64,000 bases of DNA, taken from positions 65,658,001 to 65,722,000 of the forward strand of contig NC_043005.1 in the NCBI RefSeq assembly GCF_006345805.1, written 5' to 3'. Positions 54,105 to 64,000 of this stretch are shown piece after piece (position 1 is the stretch's first letter; each line of letters opens with the position of its first letter). Made by a program: the position numbers and the translations under genes. This DNA is from Octopus sinensis. Taxonomy: Eukaryota. A model generated the notes under the pieces. It was not told where the DNA came from and searched no databases. It worked only from the letters and a program-made list of their open reading frames with translations.

Positions 54105-54456
54105 TCGTGACGTATATTTGCCATTGAAATATGGCTAACCCCTAAGGGTGGATGCTACAGTAGTTTGTAGCCCCAGGAGGCCACCGCCTCCAGCTGGCTA
54201 TAGACACACTTAGGGAATCTACTTCTCATCGACATCTGTGATTGTCACACTCCGATGACGGGTCAATACCCAGAAACTCGAGTCCGTGTGTATCATAAGT
54301 TGAAGACGGGAAGGATAACTTCCCTTTGCAAATACTGATAGGGCACAGAAAGTGTGTCTATAGCCAGCTGGATGCGGTGGCCTCCTGGGGCTACAAACTA
54401 CTGTAGCATCCACCCTTAGGGGTGAGCCATATTTCAATGGCAAATATACGTCACGA
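54105..54456. mobile_element. Foldback/MITE-like element with 106-bp terminal inverted repeats
   Basis: 54105-54210 is the reverse complement of 54351-54456 with 2 mismatches, around a 140-bp spacer. Confidence 0.85.
54237..54297 (+). ncRNA. Type I hammerhead ribozyme-like motif (activity unknown)
   Basis: CCGATGA core, stem II GGGT/ACCC, GAAA, palindromic stem III ACTCGAGT, GTC site, and a two-part stem I. Three deviations from the canonical core. Confidence 0.55.
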
Positions 54457-54519
54457 TGTGTTGTAGCTACTGTTTATAACTCGATCTGAGATTTATTATT
54501 AATAGTTAATTGTTGTGAT

Positions 54520-54720
54520 GATGTGTAGCCTAGTGGTTAAGGGTGTTAGGTTCCTGACCTTAAGGTCATGAGTTCGATTCCAGAACCAGGCATTATATCT
54601 TTGCTTAAGGCACTTCATTTCCGTTTTATTCAGTTGTAAATGAATGCCAATCAACTCATTTGCAGATTACAGTGTGGGTGGGCCAATGTCTGCGAACAAA
54701 GACCCTCTACTACCAGTACA
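54520..54720 (+). mobile_element. Old tRNA-derived SINE (fourth family)
   Basis: A box TAGCCTAGTGG, B box GAGTTCGATTCC, then a ttgcttaaggcactt core-like motif. Confidence 0.55.
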
Positions 54721-56339
54721 TACTTGCTTGTAAGTGACAGCAAAGTATAGAACTTGTACTTATTATATACACCCCAGTTTCCACTGGAAGTCCTTGTGTA
54801 GAGGTTCGAAACAACTCAAAGTTACATAAACAATTTAGACGAGGAAATCCGGTTATTTACTAATTTATGATAAAGGAATATCTAATTGTTTATTTGATAT
54901 TAACTTACTCGCCTCCTGGGCTTCATCTGTGAAAATAACATATGTTATTGCGACACAACACGTGTGTGTGTGTGTGTCTGCGTGTGTGTACATCCTTGTG
55001 TCTTTATATTTATATATGTAGTTGGATATACATATACTTGTATGTGTGTGTGTCTACGTGTGTGTGTCGCAATAGATATATGATAATTCGTAAGAAATAC
55101 ATACGATGACACATGTAAATGTGATGAAAAGAAACCTTTATATGATTTGTAGAGAAGCAATACCTATGAATTCTACACCCTGCAATTTCTGATATTCAAG
55201 ACAAGGCGGTAATAGTAATAAAAATTGAATTTATTCCTTTTCTTGCTATTGCCTCTTGTTACTGTATTTGAAATTCATTTTTCTTTTCTTTTCTGTTTTG
55301 CTTTTCTAGCATTGCTTTTTCCTATTCGTCATCAACACACTAAGATGATTTCTAAATTTAAAACTGAAAGGAAAAATATTCGCTTTGAATTCTATTTGTA
55401 ACAAGTAGCTGAAATTTTTCTAAGGAAAACTTGATTCACTTCAAAAACATCTTTGGAATTTTCAACTTACAAAGAGACGAAAAATTCCCATGCTTCTCCG
55501 TGATATACAAATGTGTGAACAAGTATTTGAATTTTAGAAGAAAGACGATCAAACATATCTTATGAAACCAATTTACACGAAATAATGAACATAAGAACCG
55601 ATGGTTTGGCCAATCATGATGAAAAATAAATAATTGATTAATCAGTAAAGTGATGAGGTGAGGAAGAATAAGGAAAGGTAAAAAGATTGATAAATTATCT
55701 ACTGTAAGCCCTTCCCATCTATTCGATTCTTTCATTTTCTCCAGAGTACTTCCTCTCCTCCTGAGAGTCTTATAAAGGATTAGATAATGCAAAAGAAAAA
55801 TACCTGCCCGTAATGGCATTGATTTCAAACTGAATACAGACGCGATTACTTTAATTTAAAATGGTTTGTCTAAGTGGAGGAAAGGTATAAGGAGAAAAAT
55901 TATAAGGAAAAATAAAATTATCTATAAAAGCCTGAAAGGAAACAACACCATAACAACCTTATTATTCTAAATCTTAAATATAATCTATGCCTGTCAATAA
56001 TTTTGAAAATATGCAAGCTAATTTCTTTTGATTAATACAAGCAAATGAGGACGTGAAACTATCGGTGCACTGTTACTTGTTTAAGGTTTTAATGTAACTT
56101 ATGACAAGCCGGGAACTTTTCAATTAGAAATGATCGGATAATGTTAGAACTGATATTTAAACTGAAAGGAGAGTTAAATTATATAGCTTTCGTTGCGTGG
56201 AGGAATGAAATCTATCCTATCGGTGAAGCTGCTTCTGATTAAAGCGTCATTGCAAAATACAGTTGAACAGTTATATGTCTCTGAATCAGTAGATATTCTG
56301 AAATTTCTCTTACCAAAATTCCTAGGTAAATTTTAAAGA

Positions 56340-56860
56340 ATAGTGGGGCGAAATTTTGAAAATTTGCTTGGTCTTCTATATCGGCTCTAAATGTCTGCAT
56401 TTCGATTGAGTGTAATGTCTTAACAATTTGACTATATTAGTAGTCTTAAAGTCTACAGCAATCTTAAAGTCGCAACTTTTGAACGTATTAAGTAAATCCT
56501 TTCTTAGTCGTTCTGAATGGTACCCCTTCTTTGAACGGACTAAGGTTAGAAGTCATTTCTGCATAAACAGTAAGATCCAAGGATCAAGGTGTAAGAGGTT
56601 AATAAGCTTCAAGCAATCTGTAGAAGGTATAAAAACAACTTTCAGGAACAATTGTTGTTTATTGACGTAGATGGTTGTAAACTTTTCTCATATCGAAGTT
56701 CGGGAAACTGAAAAAAGTTATTTCATAGTTCACGGTTAGTAGCTGGGGTTGCTGTGTATGATAATAAAAATGTGTGCATTCCACACATTTTCGATCAGTT
56801 CTCCTACTAGTTAACATGAGACCTCTTGACGACAATGTAACTTTCATTCGACTAAGGTAT
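56340..56860 (-). mobile_element. Degenerate Penelope-like GIY-YIG fragment
   Basis: RKCVECTHF (CxxC linker) and terminal ISKFRPT resemble Penelope endonuclease C-termini. Many stops. Confidence 0.4.
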
Positions 56861-56978
56861 CTTTGACCTGAAGAGTAGCTAGCGGGTTACCCCTCGTTTG
56901 GGTAACTACCACTTTCGAGGTTCTTCTAGCTATGAAACATATCTGGGCTGAATTTTATCTATTCTATCCCCAAATTTG

Positions 56979-57056
<78 letters not shown>

Positions 57057-57326
57057 GCTCCAGTTAAAGCGACTAAACCTAAACAACCTAAACAGTAAGT
57101 ATCAGAAAGACAAGTATTCGTCCCAGCAATGACCAGCGAGACCACCAAATGCATTACGGCCTTTGGGACTTTTTCAATGCCGCATATTCAATGGCTACTT
57201 AAATTTGATACTGCCTCTATTGCGTTTACCGGGTTTAAAGGTAATATTGTGGGTGGGGGCGTTCGTTCGTTAATATGTGCAAGTGCGAATGTATGCGTTT
57301 GATGCAGTGTAGCTATGATCAAAGTA

Positions 57327-57650
57327 TTCCCAGACCGGGCGTTGTGAGTGTTTATTGAGCGAAAACACCTAAAGCTCCACGAGGCTCCGGCAGGGATGGT
57401 GGTGATCCCTGCTGTACTCTTTCACCACAACTTTCTCTCACTCTTACTTCCTGTTTCTGTTGTACCTGTATTTCAAAGGGCCGGCCTTGTCACTCTCTGT
57501 GTCACGCTGAATATCCCCGAGAACTACGTTAAGGGTACACGTGTCTGTGGAGTGATCAGCCACTTACACGTTAATTTCACGAGCAGGCTGTTCCGTTGAT
57601 TCGGATCAACCGGAACCCTCGTCGTTGTAACCGACGGAGTGCTTCTACTA
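57327..57650 (+). mobile_element. SINE family A, 5'-truncated
   Basis: Starts inside the B box. 14-bp TSD CTATGATCAAAGTA at 57313-57326 and 57651-57664. Confidence 0.92.
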
Positions 57651-57870
57651 CTATGATCAAAGTACTTCTAAAACGTCCACGATTCAAGCAGTTCGAGCTT
57701 TAAATTTCATGATAGCAACTTAATGTAAGCATAAATTTCCAATATTTTTAATACTGTTAAGTCCTATTGTTTTTCTTGTGAAGCTATCGCTGATATAAAT
57801 TGTTATTAAGAAAAGAAAATTGTTTTTCTTTACTTACTCTTTTGCTTATATTTGTTTTGTTTCTTTGTAG

Positions 57871-58070
57871 GGAATGTTCATAGTTAGTTTTCCCTACACT
57901 GTTGTCCAAGGAGGTTACTGGGCTCTCGTGTCTATGATTGTTGTGGCCTACATTTGTTGTCATACCGGTAAAATATTGGTGGAATGTCTATATGAAGTAG
58001 ATTCAAATGGTTATTTAGTACGTGTCAGACACAGCTACGTGGAAATTGCTGAAGAAGCCATGGGAAAAAG
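57871..58070 (+). CDS. SLC32A1: VGAT coding exon 2 (200 nt)
   Basis: Polypyrimidine tract and TAG acceptor ending at 57870. Encodes GMFIVSFPYTVVQGGYWALVSMIVVAYICCHTGKILVECLYE...VRVRHSYVEIAEEAMGK, continuing NAIQ|GMF. Donor AG|GTCAGT at 58071, phase 2. Confidence 0.96.
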
Positions 58071-58748
58071 GTCAGTATTTGGTAATATATTTCTTAAATA
58101 TCAGTTTTGTTTTGCTCAAAATTTAATAGAATCTTTAAACCTTGTATTTTTAAATTAAATGATTCCCAGATATATATATTCTATAACCAAATCATTATAC
58201 TAATAATTTTTATTCTTTATATAATTCGGTACTGACTTAAATGTTACTTACGGTTAAACATTTCTTTCGATAAAGCACCAAGCCTAATTTTGCATAGTTA
58301 ATTGAATTAATTAATAAATATATTGCATTTTATAAACCTCACAAGAATGAAAATCTTGTAATTTTAACTGAAAAGGTGAAGAAGTGGAAAAGTACAGCTG
58401 AATTCTGCAAGAATTGAATCTGAAGTTTTAGGTTTTTGCAGACACATCTTTACAGTTAAAAATATTGATTTCTCTTAATTTACTAAATCGACCCATGTTC
58501 ACGATTATAAATTTTCGCGACTTTGGTGAAATGAGACGTAGATTAAATCTTTGTAGTAAATGAATTCAGAATGCAAAATAAAATAATAAGGGCAGGTACA
58601 ACACTTTACATTCTGTGTCACAGTTAAAAATGTTTCTTTACTAAGAAAAATAATGTTAAGGATCAGATCAGGGAAATGTTAATGGGTCAGATCAAGGAAT
58701 CTAGGGCATCTTATAAACTGTTTCTTATAAAAATATAAATAGTAGGAT

Positions 58749-59217
58749 CAGTTGGGCACCGTCTGTGAGATAAACAGTATCATGACGCAATTCACTCTGC
58801 CAAAAATTTGGAAACGACATGCTGTACTGCTTGGCATTCCCGCCGGAAGCTCCAATACGAATATTTCAGAGTATTTGGGTGTCAATCTGAGGACAGTAGA
58901 ATCTGAGGACATGTACCGAGAGTGATAAAAATCAAACATCCAGTCAACATCATGGTGTTTTAAATTATCACTAGTAATGGTGATGTTGTCTCCATTCATC
59001 TGCCCACACGGCCTCAGACCCAACACGGAGGCCTACTTCAAGTGCCTGGAGGAAGTAATGCTGTTCTGGATCAAGAGGGTGGCTGCTGGAAGACCCTATG
59101 TCTGGCAACAGGACTCTGCACCTTGCCACACAAGCAGAAGAACGCAGTCATGACTGTCAAACAATTTCTGCAACTACATTACCCCTAGCATCTGGCCACC
59201 CAACCCCCCAGATTGCA
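58749..59217 (+). mobile_element. Tc1/mariner (DD37D-like) internally deleted fragment
   Basis: GRPYVWQQDSAPCHTSRRTQS...IWPPNPPDC. Confidence 0.8.
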
Positions 59218-60165
59218 ATATTATAATCAAATGATAATATAAATAATATAATAAGAGGCTGGACGTGTCCTAGCTATCTTGCGCTTCTATCTTTTCTCTT
59301 ATCAAAAAATTTTTTCTCCAGCGTTCGTTATTTTACCCTCGTTCTGATCTATCGACTCCCCATGTTCGTTTTCGTTCGGTTCCTTGTATATCTCCACTGT
59401 CCTGTTTTTGTTCCCAACTTTGACTCTCCATAAATCCGAAAATTTTATTTTAGTATTTTTGGGAGCAACTGCCTTCGAAGACTCATATTATTGTTCAATG
59501 CTTGAAATGAGGGGTAGATAGGCAGCCGACAACTGATAAAGGGTCGTTGTTTATGTTACTTGTCTGGTAGTCAAACATTACAAAGAACTTTGGCATTGCT
59601 AGCTCTAGTATTTATAGAGTATTCTATAAAAAAAATCTAAATCCCTTCGCAATAGATACTAAGACCATTACATAATGTATATGAGATGATCGGCTACGTC
59701 TCATATACCATTAACCATTGCATTTATGGTGGTAATATATGCATCGAGACTTTCTGAAAAAAGTTTATCGAACAAAGAACATGTGAACTTTGATATGGAG
59801 CGCTGAACCAACTTTCTCCTAGGTTGCAGTTGGGTTTCCGCCAACATGCTTTCAAGTTTTCAGTTTTAATTTGCTTTAAACGTTTCTGGGTGTATAGGTG
59901 TCTCGTTCATTTCGGCAGTTTATTCTGAGATGCAAATAGTGATTGATTCTTGAATTTTTGACCAATGTTCAGCGATCCATATCAAAATTCACATACGTTT
60001 TGTTTGGTAAACTTTTCTCAGATTTTCTCGACGCATGTATTATTACCATAGATGCAAAGGTTAAAGGTCGAACTGAACCAACTAATGCACAATAAAGTTG
60101 TTGCCCATAACTGAAATAAAAAAAATACTTTGAAAAACATTTTTAATAATTTTTCATTACCTTAA

Positions 60166-60820
60166 GGCGGCGAGTTGGCAGAATCGTTTTCCCGCTGGGA
60201 TAAGTGCCACGTGGCATTTTATCCGTCCTTGTATTCTGAGTTCAAATTCCGCCGGCGTCGACTTTACTTTTCGTCCCTTTTCGGGGTTGATAAAATAAGT
60301 ACCAGTTGAGCACTGAGGTCAATGTAATTGACTTAACCACTCACCCAAAATTGCTGGCCTTATGCCAAAATTTGAAACTAATATTTTTCATTTCATGAAG
60401 TCGGCGAGCTACCACGCTGGGCACAATGCTTTGCGGTATTCGACAGTTCTGAGTTCAAATCCACCAAGGTCGACTTTGCCTTTCATCCTTTCGGGGTTGA
60501 CAAATTAAGTATCAGTTGAGGACTGGAGTCGAAGTAATCGACTTACCCCCTCCTCCGAAATTGCTGGCCTTATGCCAAAATTTGAAACCAATATTTTTTT
60601 CATTTCATAAAGTCGGCGAGCTGCCACGCTGGGCACAATGCTTTGCGGTATTCAACAGTTCTGAGTTCAAATCCACCAAGGTCGACTTTGCCTTTCATCT
60701 TTTCGGGGTTGACAAATTAAGTATCAGTTGAGGACTGGAGTCGAAGTAATCGACTTACCCCCTCCTCCGAACTTGCTGGCCTTGTGCCAAAATTTGAAAC
60801 CAATATTTTTCATTTCCGTT
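60166..60820 (+). mobile_element. SINE family C, three head-to-tail copies
   Basis: One full copy followed by two near-identical shortened units with a 212-bp period (starts near 60401 and 60613). Confidence 0.85.
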
Positions 60821-61380
60821 TCTAAACTATCTGAGTTGGCTTAGAATCAGTTGAGCTGTCAACTGCTAATATGCAATTCATTAGAAAATAGATTTTTTTA
60901 AATGTGACTGGTACAAACAAAGTACACCTTCTTTGATGTGTATTTTTTTTTTAAATCACAACAGTTTACCGAAATTACTATAAATGATAACTCAACTCAA
61001 TGATAATTATTTGATATGAGCTGAGCGATTTCGAACAATTATAAGCAGTTTGAAAGGGTAACTATGTCTTTGCTCCTAAAAAATGCTATTCAAGGAGTAG
61101 TGTGTACTGAAGGTACAAACCCATTTATTCACATCTAAGTAACTATGCAAGGAACATCCATTTCTTTGCAGACGCAGTCCAATTTAAATACACCAGTGCA
61201 TGATTTTTATGTTAAGACGGTCAACAAAATAACCAAGTTAAATCCTACCCATAACCAGGTTCAATTAACATAATTTATTGATTATGGTATGCAAGATACA
61301 TATGGTTGGAGTTATCGATAAGACACTTCTGTTTAAAAATATATTCCTCCCCAAAACTATTCAATATCTAATCATATATA

Positions 61381-62679
61381 CACGAGGTCGGCCGAAAAAT
61401 TCATATGCTAACCCAGGCACTTTCATGGAAAGTGATCAAATGAGTATGATTTTTTTTAACATAGTCCTCTTGTGGTCCACACACTTCTTCCATCGATGTT
61501 GCGGTGCTTGGATCCTGTTGGTGAAGAAGCTCTCATCTTTTTGGTCAAAAACGTCATCAACAGCTGATACGATGTCATCACTGCGATGCTGATTCCCAAC
61601 CAAGTGTTTTGTTTTGTTTTTTCCTGTTGGGAAACAGATGATAGTCAGATGGGGCCAAATCGGAAGAATAGGGAATGTTCTCAACCAGATCAAAGCCCCA
61701 GTTACGAACAGCAGCCATTGAAACAAAAGACTTGTGTACTGGAGAATTGTCCTGATAAAACAAAACCTTTTTCGTCAGTTTTTCTAGGTGTTTGGTTTTG
61801 ATAGCCTTTCGTAACTACCTCAGCAAGTTGGCATAGTACTCTCTGTGGATGGTGTATACCTCTTGAAGACAGTCAATAAACACGATATCTTTTACATCCA
61901 TAAAAACTTAGCTCATCACCTTCCCAGCAAATGAAACGACCTTGGCATTCTTTGGAGCCGGTGAAGCGGAGTGTTCCTACTGAATGGATTGTCTCTTTGT
62001 CTGGCTCAAAGTGAAGAACTCAACACTCATCTTGGGTTAGGAAACTTTCAACGAAACCAGTGGATCTGCTTCAAACAATGTCAGATTTCCTTGTGATGTA
62101 TCAGCCCAATACGCTTTTGATCAGATGTCAGAAGGTGTAGTATCCACCGAACAGAAACGTTCGTCATGCCAAGTTCATTGGGCAAAATATTCTCAACATT
62201 TTCATGAGATATGCTCATAGCTTTGGTTATTTGATTTATAGTCAAACGACTGCCATCCATCACCATGTGCTGAACACGATCAATGTTTTCCTTGGTGGTG
62301 GTAGTCGCAGGACGTCCGGACCTTGAGTTATCTGCAAGACTCTCCCTTCCCCTCCTAATTTAAGCTGCCCATTTTTGCCTTGTTGATAACGCTAGCGTGT
62401 CATTCCCTAATATAGCAGCCTTGTCAGCATGCATGTCCTTGGGGGGGGCTAAACCATTTTTCTGTCGGTGCTTCGTAACACCACGATGCTAAATTTTGTC
62501 CATTTTCAAGAGAAGTCGCTACGAGTTACTTTTGAAGTCTTCTTTGAATAGTAAGATTTCAAGTTACCTAGAAAGAAACAATGCGGTTATTATTAAGGAA
62601 ACTCGAAATTAATGCATGCAAGATTTCACAGCTCTAGCATCACTCATTCAAAGTTAGATGATGAACTTTTCTGCCCACT

Positions 62680-62685
<6 letters not shown>
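61381..62685 (-). mobile_element. Full-length (1,305 bp) degenerate mariner element
   Basis: Imperfect ~25-bp TIRs (CACGAG...GAAAA(A/G)TTCAT) with TA on the left flank. Motifs QDNSPVHKS, PYSSDLAPSDYHLFP and RWKKCV. Confidence 0.88.
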
Positions 62686-62720
<35 letters not shown>

Positions 62721-62871
62721 TGAGCGTTGGCGAATACAGTTAAGTTAGTACTGCACCGGTTACGATTCCTATTAAAGCTATATCAGATCACTAATTTTTG
62801 AAGCTCCATGGAAACGTATAAGCGATTGCCTTTCCGCCCCAACTCCTTCTATAACTCTGTGTGTGTGTGCG

Positions 62872-62921
<50 letters not shown>

Positions 62922-62931
62922 GTGTGTGTGT

Positions 62932-62976
<45 letters not shown>

Positions 62977-63139
62977 TAAGCATAGTGAAAAGAAATTAAT
63001 TTTATTCCTAGGCCAGCTGAAAGAAAATGTATTTTTCTTGTCTTCAAATTTAACTTGCTTTTAAAAACCAATTTCTGAACGTTCTAATAATGCCTTTTCG
63101 TTTATACCAAATCCTTATATTTTAATATTTTTGTTTCAG

Positions 63140-64000
63140 ATTCGGTGGTAAGATCGTCAACGTCGCTCAGCTGATAGAATTACTAATGACTTGCATTCTG
63201 TACGTATTACTCAGCGGGGAACTGATTTTGGGAAGTTTCCCTGAGTCGCCTATCAGTCTCACATTCTGGATAATGATCGCAACAACTCCGCTACTGAGCT
63301 ACGCTTTTTTAAAGTCCTTGCGTGGTGTCTCTTGGCTCAGTTTTTGGTGCACCATGGCTCATATGGCAATTAATGCATTTATTTTAATTTTTTGCTTTAC
63401 ACGGGCCACCGAATGGCAGTGGAAATCAGTCCAGATTAAAGTTGATGTTTGGACATTCCCCATTTCCATTGGTATTGTAGTTTTCAGCTATACCTCACAG
63501 ATATTTCTACCAACACTAGAAGAAAACATGGAAGATCGTTCCCGGTTTCACTGCATGATGCATTGGACTCACATAGCAGCAGCATTTTTCAAAGTGTTGT
63601 TCTCGTATATCTGTTTCTTAACATGGGGAAATGGAACGCAGGAAGTGATCACAAATAATTTACCAACTCAGAGCCTAAAGATTGTCGTCAATTTAATTCT
63701 TGTAGCAAAATCCACTCTTTCCTATCCACTTCCATACTATGCAGCCGTGGAGATGATTCAGACTACATATTTCAACGGAAAACCTTCGACTTATTTTCCT
63801 TCTTGTTTTGACGAGAACTGTCGCCTCAAAATATGGGCAGGATGTCTGAGAATTGGTCTTGTCCTAGCTACAATGGCAATGGCTATATTTATTCCTCATT
63901 TCGCAATACTTATGGGTTTGATCGGTAGCTTCACTGGTACTATGCTTTCTTTTGTTTGGCCGTGTTTCTTTCATATCAGAATTAAAGGCAAAATACTTCC
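63140..64000 (+). CDS. SLC32A1: VGAT coding exon 3 (partial, runs off the window end)
   Basis: Acceptor TTTTTGTTTCAG ends at 63139, and phase 2 completes an Arg codon. Stop-free to 64000: FGGKIVNVAQLIELLMTCILY...FPISIGIVVFSYTSQIFLPTLEENM...LVAKSTLSYPLPYYAA...PHFAILMGLIGSFTGTMLSFVWPCFFH. Absent from the ORF track, probably because no stop codon lies in the window. Confidence 0.97.

Larger units (their letters stand above)
58071..63139 (+). other. VGAT intron 2 (5,069 bp, GT-AG, phase 2)
   Basis: Frame-compatible junction AG|A giving GK-R-FGG. Confidence 0.92.

Noticed and set aside
63449-63658. 69-aa + strand ORF in the track
   Set aside because: It is an alternative frame inside VGAT exon 3.

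Overview
Eukaryotic, AT-rich, microsatellite- and transposon-dense genomic DNA. The SINE, LINE and microsatellite repertoire suggests an octopus (inference). The only host gene supported is a vesicular GABA/glycine transporter (VGAT/VIAAT, SLC32A1/unc-47 family) on the + strand. It has three coding exons (17108-17428, 57871-58070, 63140 to beyond the window end) that splice in frame across a 40,442-bp and a 5,069-bp GT-AG intron. The rest is decayed mobile DNA and simple repeats: three abundant tRNA-type SINE families (called A, B and C here), a ~550-bp element (family D) always embedded in (AAT)n, and fragments of R4/Dong-like, Tx1-like, CR1 and Penelope retroelements, Helitrons, Tc1/mariner and hAT. 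Most ORF-track entries are microsatellite artefacts. The best leads all lie in the VGAT transcription unit. (1) A sense-strand type I hammerhead-ribozyme-like motif inside a 106-bp-arm foldback element in intron 1. (2) A candidate 11-nt frameshifting microexon. (3) Two codons where A-to-I editing would restore the residue I recall in orthologues. (4) Inverted repeat pairs that could form intronic dsRNA. All four are untested predictions.
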